DNA of 64,000 nucleotides from Candidatus Poribacteria bacterium (GCA_965205025.1 CBDBFU010000014.1:64001-128000); one strand, 5' to 3'; positions 53,334-62,372 are shown, numbered from the stretch's first letter. Notes: generated by a model not told the origin, from the sequence alone. Program-made: numbers and translations.

Positions 53334-53399
53334 TTTTTCATCTCCTATGAAAAGTTGACATGCTTTGTAGCATATCGTTGTGTTTATCGGATAACCTAT
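53288..53399. repeat. About 110-bp direct repeat (leader plus signal-peptide start), copy 2
   Basis: Matches 55385-55494 (CATCTCCTATGA..TTGACATGCTTTGTAGCATATCGTTGTG.TTATCGGATAACCTAT). Confidence 0.85.
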
Positions 53400-53442
53400 G
53401 AGGAGCATTTGCACCTACAGCTGGAAGTATTTCGTAACATGT

Positions 53443-54534
53443 TTACTGCTTTAGTGCTCCCCATATTGCTTCTTTTTTCTCTACTGCGGACACTGACAGT
53501 ACATCATCACTTATCCAATCTAATGTTCCATCCGTACCCGGATGGTTAGTTAGCCGCGTAATCTCACCTGTATGGATATGATACTTGTAGATATTGCTCG
53601 TTGGATACACAAAATCGCGTGGTAATGGTTTGTTCAAAGGTATGCCGACACGTGCACCGAAAACGATTGATTTACCGTCATCCATCCAGTCATTGCCATA
53701 CCCTTCCCAGTCCTTCGGTATTCTGAGTTGTTTGATATTCTCTCCTTTCCGATCACATATTATATACCGAAACGCCCTGTAGGTAATCACGTTTCCGCGA
53801 TTCGGTACAAACACAAACTTATACTCTCTTTGTTGAAACAACACCTGTTTACCATCGGGTGACCATCGCGGTCTGGAGCGGTAAATGGCGAATTCACCTA
53901 CACCCGGATCTGGAACAAGTGGACGAGGATTATGACCATCGGCACCCATAATCCAAATCGTGCTATTGGAACCACCACCGATCCCCCAGGGCATGGCATA
54001 CACATATTGCTTGCCATCAGAGGACCAATCGCCATTGATACCATCAATATCTGCTATTTCTTTGAGTTTCCCTGTTTCAATATTCAACTCGTAGATGCCA
54101 GTTTGCCGCTTTTCGTCTATCCGAATGCTCTTATTAAAAATAATAGAAGTGCCGTCAGGTGAAAATGAACCACGATTGAGAAGACTCCCATCGTTTTCGG
54201 TGAGTTGCCGCCTGTTTGTGCCGTCCGCATCCATTAAGAAAAATACATAACCGTGAACCTTGTCAATGCCTCCGTCCCTATCCACAAGCTTGCTTTGATA
54301 TTGCTTAATCAAAATCTGTTTACCGTCAGGTGACCAACTATCGGGGTATGGTTTTCTGAAATCGTCTTCTATGAGAAGTGTCAAGTTGCTGCCATCATCG
54401 TCCATTAAGTAGACACCCTTCGTTCCCAAGCGAGTTGAACTAAATACGATTTTAGCATTAACTGCTGTTGCTAAAAATAGAAGAAGCAGACAGAGCAAAA
54501 CAACTTTCTGACACCGCTTTTCTTGTAAACGCAT
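53443..54534 (-). CDS. Secreted TolB-like (PD40) beta-propeller with W-G-x-L-K tail
   Basis: Signal peptide (VNA/KIVF), WSPDG repeats, RLTNHP, SVSAVEKKEAIWGALKQ. Confidence 0.85.
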   Translation of the reverse strand: MRLQEKRCQKVVLLCLLLLFLATAVNAKIVFSSTRLGTKGVYLMDDDGSNLTLLIEDDFRKPYPDSWSPDGKQILIKQYQSKLVDRDGGIDKVHGYVFFLMDADGTNRRQLTENDGSLLNRGSFSPDGTSIIFNKSIRIDEKRQTGIYELNIETGKLKEIADIDGINGDWSSDGKQYVYAMPWGIGGGSNSTIWIMGADGHNPRPLVPDPGVGEFAIYRSRPRWSPDGKQVLFQQREYKFVFVPNRGNVITYRAFRYIICDRKGENIKQLRIPKDWEGYGNDWMDDGKSIVFGARVGIPLNKPLPRDFVYPTSNIYKYHIHTGEITRLTNHPGTDGTLDWISDDVLSVSAVEKKEAIWGALKQ

Positions 54535-54552
54535 GATGATACTCCTTTCATG

Positions 54553-54579
54553 AACGGCAGGGATACAATCCCTGCCGTT
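54553..54579. terminator. Intergenic stem-loop between cassette genes
   Basis: AACGGCAGGGAT-ACA-ATCCCTGCCGTT. Confidence 0.6.
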
Positions 54580-54606
54580 ACATTCGAATTATAGATTGTT
54601 GTTATA

Positions 54607-55428
54607 TCAATCTGGATTATCTTTATCAGTAAACTCCTGAACTTCAGAATCCGTCTCCCAGTCGTCTTCTTCATGCTGTCCCCTAATTTGTCCCCTTACT
54701 TGCAGATGGGTATGTGCATCATAAAATAACTTCTCGCCATCGCCAATCAGTCTGCCAACCCAAAATTCGGTCAATATAGATTCGACAGAATCAGAAAACG
54801 TTGTGCCGGATAGTAAATCTACGAAAACAAGTGGTTGGTTTAAAGGGGGATCTCGTTTAGTATCATCCACCGCTCCAGCCTCGTTCCCGACTGTTTCAAA
54901 CTTCTGCTGTCGGAACCAGGCTGTGACCTCCAAATCTTCATCCGTGCCGTTATTAGCATTGGCATATCCAGACATTGTGACAGTGATACCGTTGAAGGAG
55001 AGGGATGAGACTTCTGCGTATCCGTAGACACCAGTATCAGGACCGGTTTCACCTTTAAATGCCGGTTTATAGACCCTAACCGTGTCGGATGCATCTTCAT
55101 CAGAGGAGTCCACAAATGAGACGACTGCCCTGATACGATACTTCATACCTTTTATGTTCCCATATAACGTTCCAAGGTAAATATTGACAGATCTGATATC
55201 GTCACCGTGTATACTCGTGAATTTATAAACATCGTCTACATGCCAGTCTATAAAGGCAATGTCTTCATCCGCTGTCAGAGAAGCAGAGGGAATTGTACCT
55301 GATCCCCAATCATCACTTACATAGACTGAAAATGACGTTATTGAACCTGCGTCACTATTATTGATAAAGCCTAAGAGGAATAGGGAACAGATGATCGTTA
55401 TTGCGAGGATCACTTTGTGTTTCAACAT
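54607..55428 (-). CDS. Secreted acidic beta-rich hypothetical protein (cassette 1)
   Basis: SD AGGAG, signal peptide MLKHKVILAITIICSLFLLGFINNSDA; two putative Ig-like halves. Confidence 0.8.
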   Translation of the reverse strand: MLKHKVILAITIICSLFLLGFINNSDAGSITSFSVYVSDDWGSGTIPSASLTADEDIAFIDWHVDDVYKFTSIHGDDIRSVNIYLGTLYGNIKGMKYRIRAVVSFVDSSDEDASDTVRVYKPAFKGETGPDTGVYGYAEVSSLSFNGITVTMSGYANANNGTDEDLEVTAWFRQQKFETVGNEAGAVDDTKRDPPLNQPLVFVDLLSGTTFSDSVESILTEFWVGRLIGDGEKLFYDAHTHLQVRGQIRGQHEEDDWETDSEVQEFTDKDNPD

Positions 55429-55494
55429 CTTTTCATCTCCTATGAGAATTTGACATGCTTTGTAGCATATCGTTGTGATTATCGGATAACCTAT
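55385..55494. repeat. About 110-bp direct repeat (leader plus signal-peptide start), copy 1
   Basis: Matches 53288-53399. Confidence 0.85.
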
Positions 55495-55533
55495 ATTTAT
55501 GACATAGGTTGTGAAAGTGTCTTTGTTAATATA

Positions 55534-55636
55534 TATATACAGTTAGGTTGAAATTGTTTAGGTATTTTTTTTCAATAGCCGTTTAGTAATGACTTTTTCA
55601 AAATAATCCTAAACTTTTTCCATTTAAACGTATATA
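55534..55636. promoter_or_regulatory. Back-to-back putative alternative-sigma promoters CCTAAAC-N14-YGTATATA
   Basis: Minus-strand copy at 55562-55534 and plus-strand copy at 55608-55636 with identical spacing. Confidence 0.55.
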
Positions 55637-55656
55637 ATTAATTAGGAGGTGTTTTT

Positions 55657-56031
55657 ATGACACACCAAAAGGGACCACATAATAGAGGTAATTGTCCTTT
55701 CCATGTTGATCAGGATGATCCGATCTCTGCTGAAAAGTCCATCGATAAGTGCATTTCTTGTGTGATAGCACATAACGCACAGATGGAACGTTATACTGAT
55801 GATCTACGCCAAATTGCGTTTTTAACGATCATTGAAGAGACACCGAAATATGACACTAATCACCCAAGCAATGCCAGTTATACCACGTTTATTAAAGCAC
55901 GCGTATGCACACGGCTTTGGACAGAAAGAAGAAATGTACTAAAGTATGTGTCTTTTCCTATTGCGGAAACTTCTGGGGAGATGGATATTTTCGAACATAA
56001 CCCAACTCACGTTAATTGGATATTCTATTAA
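55657..56031 (+). pseudogene. Sigma-70 family factor, region 2 only (truncated)
   Basis: SD AGGAGGT; DDLRQIAFLTIIE...YD......SYTTFI region-2 pattern; no region 4; IS982-like end AACTCACGT at 56004-56012. Confidence 0.6.
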
Positions 56032-56097
56032 GATAATCTTGAATATAATTTTCTATGGCAAAAGGTATTACCATTAGGTAGGAATCTGTTGTTATGT

Positions 56098-56442
56098 TTA
56101 AATTGTTTCAGATGTTTTAAGATTAGTTCTGATATCCGTAATAGGGCTAACCGATAACTGACACTCAAGAGCATTCAATATGGTTCGGAATAAATCTAAA
56201 CGTGGTGCTTCCTCCCCACATAAAGCATCCAAAAGTTCCTGTGATTCAATTCCAGTTCGTTTAGCAAGAATAGAAATACCCCCCTGCGATTCTACAAATG
56301 TACGTAGACCCTTTAAAAAGAAAGGAAGATCACCATCAGTCTGGTATTCCGTCAATGTCAATTGTAGATAATCAATCGCTGCTTCACGATCATTTGTAAG
56401 GCTTTCAATAAAATATTCACGCCAATTTCCCATTTCGCGCAT
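56098..56442 (-). CDS. Addiction module antidote protein (HI1420-like HTH antitoxin)
   Basis: AIDYL...GG.S.LAKRTGI....L..AL....PRL...IL.AL; overlaps the toxin stop codon. Confidence 0.85.
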   Translation of the reverse strand: MREMGNWREYFIESLTNDREAAIDYLQLTLTEYQTDGDLPFFLKGLRTFVESQGGISILAKRTGIESQELLDALCGEEAPRLDLFRTILNALECQLSVSPITDIRTNLKTSETI

Positions 56443-56822
56443 CAGTGGGTCTCCTTATATTCTACCCAATATGTCTTGGCAAGTTCGATGTCCCGTATTT
56501 GTGATGTTTTGTCTCCACCCCATAATAGAAGAATTACTGTGTTATCAATCCTTCCAAAATAGATACGATATCCTGGACCGAAGTGGAAACGCAATTCAAA
56601 AACACCTCCACCAACTGGTTGGCAATCACCAAAATTACCACTTTCAATCCGCTCAAGACGTTTGGCAATTCTGTTTTTTGTCTTTTTATCTCGTAAAGAT
56701 TCAAACCATTCAATAAAAGGTTGTTTATATTTGGGAGATCGGTAGTATTGAATTTCTATCAGTTGCTTGTTTTCCAATGATATATTCTTAAATCTGATAT
56801 GAAGATAACTAACCCATTTCAA
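56442..56822 (-). CDS. Type II TA RelE/ParE-like addiction module killer protein (HI1419-like)
   Basis: PF.EW..SLRD, GNFGDCQPVGGGVFELRFHFGPGYRIYF, LLWGGDK; start uncertain. Confidence 0.9.
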   Translation of the reverse strand: MKWVSYLHIRFKNISLENKQLIEIQYYRSPKYKQPFIEWFESLRDKKTKNRIAKRLERIESGNFGDCQPVGGGVFELRFHFGPGYRIYFGRIDNTVILLLWGGDKTSQIRDIELAKTYWVEYKETH

Positions 56823-57145
56823 TTATACTTTGATTCTTAATTAATATGCAACGAATTTTAATGTGATTAAAATATTTCCAATTTACAACAAAATAAGAGA
56901 ACAATACTTTCCTTTTGACATCACAAATTTTCAAAAAATATAAGTAATGAAAGAAAATTCACAAATTTAACTGAAGAAAATACCAACATATTACAACTAT
57001 GTTACAAATAAAATCACATTTTTCTTGAATTTAAATAAAAACAATGTTATACTTACAATTACATGTAGTAATTGGCTGGCTGGTTGCCGTTATCTTGCTG
57101 AAGAATTATTGAGAATTATTACATTAAACTAACAACTATAATCTA

Positions 57146-57260
57146 ATACCATTTCTAATTGAAAATGTCTCTTTTTTGTACCACAAACTTTCAGTTTGTG
57201 ACCTGAAAAATGACTAACATAATAACCGCCTAATGAGACAATAATTTATAGAAATGGTAT
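57146..57260. mobile_element. MITE-like element (inverted copy of 32302-32415)
   Basis: TIRs ATACCATTTC...GAAATGGTAT, internal CACAAACTTTCAGTTTGTG. Confidence 0.8.
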
Positions 57261-57280
57261 AACAACTATAAACGAGGTAT

Positions 57281-57940
57281 ATGATGCAACTTAAAGCACA
57301 CCACAAAGAATTCATAGTCGAGTGTTACGCAAAATTTATGAAACGCGCTGACATAGTTGAGACTTTCGTTGAGATGTTCCCTGATTATATTGAGGAACTA
57401 TGTGTCGAACGTTATAAAACAAGGGATGACTATATACAGAGTACGTTAGAAACCAATCATGAAATAAGATATTCAAAGGAGAAACGAATCGAACTCTTTC
57501 ATGATGAATATGATAGCAATATAGAACATATCATAGTACACCTCAAACGGAAACTCTCAACTCAGATACGCAGGTTTCATATTGACCACCCACAATTCCC
57601 AAAGCAATATATAGATCTGTTTCACAATGCACGCCAGGAACATCTAAATAAGAATACTGAAATTAGTTTACACGATATGCAATCCTCACTTTCAGAATTA
57701 GAAGATCTATACAACAACGTCAAAAGAATGATATATATTGAAAATCAAATCTCTCTATTACCATTAGCACATAATATCCTTAGGACAATCATCGCATGCC
57801 AACTTACAGATGAAACACAGAATATTCTTGATATTACACCGAAACAATCTAAAAAGATTGAAAATAATTCGGTTAATGCCAATGAATTTCCTGAGCAAGA
57901 TATGGAAAAACACCATCAGAACCAAAATACTCAGAATTGA
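57281..57940 (+). CDS. Hypothetical protein, DUF2280-like paralog A
   Basis: MQL..HH..F....YA.FM.R..I.E.F and QFPK.Y..LF...R motifs shared with the 58088 gene. Confidence 0.7.
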   Translation: MMQLKAHHKEFIVECYAKFMKRADIVETFVEMFPDYIEELCVERYKTRDDYIQSTLETNHEIRYSKEKRIELFHDEYDSNIEHIIVHLKRKLSTQIRRFHIDHPQFPKQYIDLFHNARQEHLNKNTEISLHDMQSSLSELEDLYNNVKRMIYIENQISLLPLAHNILRTIIACQLTDETQNILDITPKQSKKIENNSVNANEFPEQDMEKHHQNQNTQN

Positions 57941-58087
57941 GAAGAATTAAGCAAATTTTGAATTTTTTGTTTTTAAGTTTTAAATCACTATAAACCCAGT
58001 ATACATAAGGGTTTAAAGCTATAATTTACACAGATTTCAAAGTTACACCATGTAACGAAAAGTGTAACTTTTTAAGGAGAATTACAA

Positions 58088-58717
58088 ATGCAATTACAGG
58101 ACCATCATATCAAATTTGTTATCAAGAGATACGCACAATTCATGAATCGTTCAGAGATAATAGAAGAATTCATTCATACATTTTCAGATGATATCGAAGA
58201 TCTCTGTGGTATACCATATACGGATGAAGCGAAATACCTTGATGGATATGTTAAACGACTTCGGAAAAAGGAAGCGAACGGTGAACATGAATGGATCCTC
58301 GACTATGATGAACACCTTACCAATGGAGAAGAACTTTTTTCCAAGAAAAAAGAACCAAAAAACGAAAAAATACATGACATACTTTCAGCTCGGTTCCGTA
58401 GGTTAAATATCAATCATATACAGTTTCCGAAGAAATATCGTAAACTATTTCAAGATGAACGGAAGGCATACTTACAGGATTTACAAACAAACTGTCTGGA
58501 TAACCCTTATGAAACTATTGAAGAATTAGAATCACTATACCAAATGGCAAAAAAGCAGATAGTTGAAGAAAACGACATAAAGCAAATACCACTTGCACAT
58601 CAGATCCTAAAATCAATTATCACTACGAAGAGATTGCTTAAAGAAAAAGAGGCTATTGAAGCAAGAGAAGCGGAGCAAAAAGCACTGCCAGATTCTGAGG
58701 AAGAAATTCCAGGATAA
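58088..58717 (+). CDS. Hypothetical protein, DUF2280-like paralog B
   Basis: SD AAGGAG; homologous to 57281-57940 (ELE.LY, PLAH.IL..II). Confidence 0.7.
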   Translation: MQLQDHHIKFVIKRYAQFMNRSEIIEEFIHTFSDDIEDLCGIPYTDEAKYLDGYVKRLRKKEANGEHEWILDYDEHLTNGEELFSKKKEPKNEKIHDILSARFRRLNINHIQFPKKYRKLFQDERKAYLQDLQTNCLDNPYETIEELESLYQMAKKQIVEENDIKQIPLAHQILKSIITTKRLLKEKEAIEAREAEQKALPDSEEEIPG

Positions 58718-58788
58718 TTCGAAAGAATTTCAATGATCCATAGGTGTCAATTTAAGCAATAGACTCTTCTGTAGGCGGGGAATGCCTA

Positions 58789-58902
58789 ATGAAGATTAAT
58801 TTTTTAAATCGGTAATTCTAATTCCCTCAAACCCGGTAGGTGCGGTTTCTAACCGCACTGGACTACGTCAATAAATTTCCTAATTAATATTTTAACCTTC
58901 AT
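58789..58902. repeat. MITE-like shell with REP hairpin
   Basis: ATGAAGATTAA...TTAACCTTCAT enclosing GGTAGGTGCGGTTTCTAACCGCAC; related copy at 61585-61966. Confidence 0.7.
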
Positions 58903-58904
58903 TA

Positions 58905-60363
58905 CAATACCTTCGCCAATTATCCTGTGCTTAGTTCTAACTGTGTGTGATGAATAGCACCGATAGAACTAAGGTGCTGTGTGATTTGCTCAATAACAAT
59001 AGGTTCAGGTTTTTGCGGAAGTATTTTTAATGTTTCCTCTAAATACTTCATAGCTCGGTATTTTGCTTTCAAATCTAATACGCTACACGCCGTGTTATTA
59101 GACCGAAATGTGTTTGCCATTTTCGCACTCACATTTACCATAAACAAGGATAAGTTTGCTGCATTGTTCACAGGTGTTTTTTTGACATTCATAAAATCTT
59201 CCAACCCCCAATACTGTTTTGCGTCTCTGAAGTTAAACTCTATTTGAAAACGAAGGGAGTAATAATCAATCATCTTTAGAGCACTCAGTTTTAGGTCAGA
59301 ACTAAACAATAACACGTGTGATTTTTGTCCTGTCAGCAGATGCGTCTTGAGAAGACAAACAATATTGAGAGGATCCGCAAACTGCTTATGACGCAAGTGT
59401 ACTTGATACACTTCGGTTCTGATGTTATCGGTTGTTTCAACAGAGACACGCCATTTGTTATCCATTTGTTGTGGATTGAAACGATCCCCATAGAGGGCGC
59501 GGCGTCCACGACCTTTATACGGTGTCGTTGGTGGATAATAGAGCGCAGCATCTGTGCGAAGTTTTGAAATGAGATGGAGACCACATTGTGATACCATTTG
59601 TAGCGCATTATTGTGTCCGAAATATCCATCAAGCACAAAATAACGGAGTTTGATACAATCTCCCATCTGTTTGAGAAATGATTTCACCATAGTTTGAAGT
59701 TGTTTCAAAGTATTGCTGAACACAACATCCTTTTTGTTTCGATTCAGGCTCCCTTTGGGGCGACCACGCCCTCGTTTTGTTATGGCTTTCTGTGTATTCT
59801 CCTGATCTTCGATTGCAGACACATCCATATTGGCTGATGCGTTGCTACGCACGATTTGTTCCATCATCATTGGGTAAGAACACCTGTCTTTGACGCTTAC
59901 TAAGGACACCGCTAAAAATGACAAACCGGAAATCGGTTTTCCATGTAATGAGGAGAAGAAGCGATCTATACCATAAGTTTTTTTCCCAGTTTTTGACACC
60001 GTGACTTCATCTGCTACAAGGATATACAAACTTTTAGGATCAAACAGATATTTTTTGAAAAAGAGCCAACACATCTTTGGCCAAGGGAGATCTGTGCTAA
60101 AGAAGCGTTGTATCGTACGATAACTCCCTCCTTTTGATGTCCAACGGGAGATATTTAACATTGTGACCTGACCTGTCATCGCAAGCAGGGCAAATACAAC
60201 TTGACATAACTGGCGGATCATAGTAGTGGATAAACATAGATTAAATACAGTAAATAATGCTATAATTTCTGGCATGGGTGTGTGTCCTTTCTAAGTTAAA
60301 ATGATATTTTAAAACTTTAGGACAAACACCCTTTTTATTCAAGTGTTTTTGGCGAAGGTATTG
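58905..60363 (-). mobile_element. Complete insertion sequence (IS4/IS701-like DDE)
   Basis: Perfect 15-bp TIR CAATACCTTCGCCAA / TTGGCGAAGGTATTG and 6-bp target duplication TCATTA on both sides. Confidence 0.92.
58920..60275 (-). CDS. DDE transposase (IS4/IS701-like)
   Basis: ILVADE, VLDGYFG, Y..RFQIEFNFRDAKQ (YREK); internal AT-hook-like KRGRGRPKG. Confidence 0.92.
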   Translation of the reverse strand: MPEIIALFTVFNLCLSTTMIRQLCQVVFALLAMTGQVTMLNISRWTSKGGSYRTIQRFFSTDLPWPKMCWLFFKKYLFDPKSLYILVADEVTVSKTGKKTYGIDRFFSSLHGKPISGLSFLAVSLVSVKDRCSYPMMMEQIVRSNASANMDVSAIEDQENTQKAITKRGRGRPKGSLNRNKKDVVFSNTLKQLQTMVKSFLKQMGDCIKLRYFVLDGYFGHNNALQMVSQCGLHLISKLRTDAALYYPPTTPYKGRGRRALYGDRFNPQQMDNKWRVSVETTDNIRTEVYQVHLRHKQFADPLNIVCLLKTHLLTGQKSHVLLFSSDLKLSALKMIDYYSLRFQIEFNFRDAKQYWGLEDFMNVKKTPVNNAANLSLFMVNVSAKMANTFRSNNTACSVLDLKAKYRAMKYLEETLKILPQKPEPIVIEQITQHLSSIGAIHHTQLELSTG

Positions 60364-60368
60364 TCATT

Positions 60369-60477
60369 AGGGACGATATGTTTATAGTAGCCCGTGCTAT
60401 CCCTACACTCTTAGTCCCGTAGGGACGATATGTTTTCGCAGCACATTGGTGGTTGATATGTCGTTCCTACGGAACTC
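60369..60477. repeat. REP-like cluster
   Basis: AGGGACGATATGTTT twice, GTCCCGTAGGGAC and GTTCCTACGGAAC hairpins. Confidence 0.65.
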
Positions 60478-60676
60478 AAGAGGTTGAGACACTCGGTAAA
60501 CCTTAATTCAAATTAAATCATTATAATGTCTATTGTTAATTACAGAAAACAACTACATTAAAAAAGACGCGCATGGTGCGCGTCCTCCATTGACGAGTGG
60601 AAACCCAAGGTGCAACAAAAACTCTCATAACAGAACATGCCGTTGTGGCGTGTCACACAACAAACGGAGGTTATAG

Positions 60677-61405
60677 ATGACTCGAGACATCACCCCAATA
60701 AAATGGATTATTGGTGCAATAGCCTTCCTTATAATCATTGCCGGTGCGTGTTATTTATGGTACCAACACGACACGGCACCATACAGGCAAGAGGCAGCCG
60801 AAGTCGATAAGTTACTCCGCCAATGGGAAGCAACCCAAAAAGCAGGGACCGAAGATAAGCAAACGGCAGCCGATGTTTCTGTGGAAGGCAGTATGCCAAC
60901 CACAGAGAAAACCAGAACTGAAGTGACCAACGCAGTGTTGAGGACAGATATCAACACTGACGTTGTACCTGAAGACGCTTCTGCACCCACGCAGGAAATG
61001 GATAACACTGAAACTGTCCGTGTTTCGCCCCACGGTTTTGGACCATATCCTGAAATTCCAGAAGGTGCACCGATTGGCGAATTTCATGAATCGTACGACG
61101 TAGAGATGGAGCTTCTCCTTCGCGTCGCTGTCAAAGCCTGGAATGAAGGTGAGCGTTTCTTAGGTGCAAGCATCGATATGGATAACGAAAAAGTGTATCT
61201 CCATTATCCAAATACCGTATATGTTCGATACAGAACCGTAATAAACTGGGATGGAACCTTCAGAAAACGGATTACTCAAGCGAAAAGCGGAAATGTTTCC
61301 CTTTCTCAACAGCAGATGAGAGATGGACAAGTCCCACCTGGAATTCGTGTATTAGAACTTGATAAGGAAGGTATAAATCCTTATGAATATTTAGACTTAC
61401 CTTAA
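60677..61405 (+). CDS. Membrane-anchored hypothetical protein, paralog 3
   Basis: SD GGAGG, TM, TAPYR, VSPHGFGPYPEIP, KVYLHYPNTVYVRY, GINPYEYLDL. Confidence 0.82.
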   Translation: MTRDITPIKWIIGAIAFLIIIAGACYLWYQHDTAPYRQEAAEVDKLLRQWEATQKAGTEDKQTAADVSVEGSMPTTEKTRTEVTNAVLRTDINTDVVPEDASAPTQEMDNTETVRVSPHGFGPYPEIPEGAPIGEFHESYDVEMELLLRVAVKAWNEGERFLGASIDMDNEKVYLHYPNTVYVRYRTVINWDGTFRKRITQAKSGNVSLSQQQMRDGQVPPGIRVLELDKEGINPYEYLDLP

Positions 61406-61584
61406 ATCCTCAACACAACTTTGCACGCAGCATCAATGACCAAGTTATTCTTGATAGTGTGTTGTTTCTTTTTACCACTATAATAAGCCTTTTGAACTTG
61501 TGGATCTGTTGGACGCTGTATCGGGAGTTCTGTGCTATCATGAAAAAAATATGTTTGAAACTTCATTGTCAGACGAGGTATCTG

Positions 61585-61966
61585 ATGATGATTAAGTTTT
61601 AAATTCGGTAATCCCCATTTTCATAAACCCGGTAGGTTCGGTTTCCTAACCGAACCGTTTTTCTCTACCACGATTGGCACAAATCTGGTGGGGTTGGGAA
61701 ATCTGCCACGATTGGTACAAATTCGGTGCGGTTGGGAAACCGCACCTACCAGGGGTTGGGAAATCTGCCACCATTGGTAGGTTTGGTGCGGTGAATCAAG
61801 GAATCAACGGTATGAATGACATATGATAATTAAGTTTTAAATTCGGCAATTCCCATTTTCCCAAACTTGGTAGGTTCGGTTTCCTAACCACGGGGAATGC
61901 TAAATAGCATTCATACCGTTGAACCGTATTTCTATCACATTACCGAATTATTATTTTAATCTTCAT
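61585..61966. repeat. Composite REP/MITE array
   Basis: Several GGTAGGTTCGGTTTCCTAACC / GGTGCGGTTGGGAAACCGCACCTACC hairpins, repeated GGGGTTGGGAAATCTGCCAC, shell ATGATGATTAA...TTAATCTTCAT. Confidence 0.75.
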
Positions 61967-62087
61967 TTAAGATATTAACATAGACCAATGACAAATTACA
62001 ATTAAATCGCTATAATGTCTAATGTACCCAATGGTGTCAATGAAGTCTCCAATCAGATAGATATAGTAAAATCATGTCTATCAGGAA

Positions 62088-62372
62088 CAATACCTTCGTG
62101 AATTATCTGAGTTTTAGTTGAATGGTGCCGTGGTGAGTAAGACCGATTGCTCAGAGAAACTTCGAAATTTCAGGATTAAAATAACTTCAGGTTTGTAGAA
62201 GTCATTCTTATTCCTGTATAGACCAAATTCCACACCAGTTGATTTTATGTATGGGTGGACATAGACTAACAGTCTATGGGACAACATTGATCATAATCGA
62301 AGGACCCCTATTGGACAAGTAGCAACATAGGTTGGCTTTATGGAACATCAGCCATTTTTGGCGAAGGTATTG
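62088..62372. mobile_element. Internally deleted relative (MITE) of the IS at 58905-60363
   Basis: CAATACCTTCG...TTGGCGAAGGTATTG; extra right end at 62397-62411; homologous to 34528-34807. Confidence 0.82.

Noticed and set aside
51274-54725. Diversity-generating retroelement TR/VR pair (51274-51345 versus 54657-54725)
   Set aside because: Mismatches are not confined to adenines and there is no reverse transcriptase in the window.
61585-61966. CRISPR array
   Set aside because: Repeats vary in sequence, orientation and spacing, there are no unique regular spacers and no cas genes; REP/MITE composite fits better.
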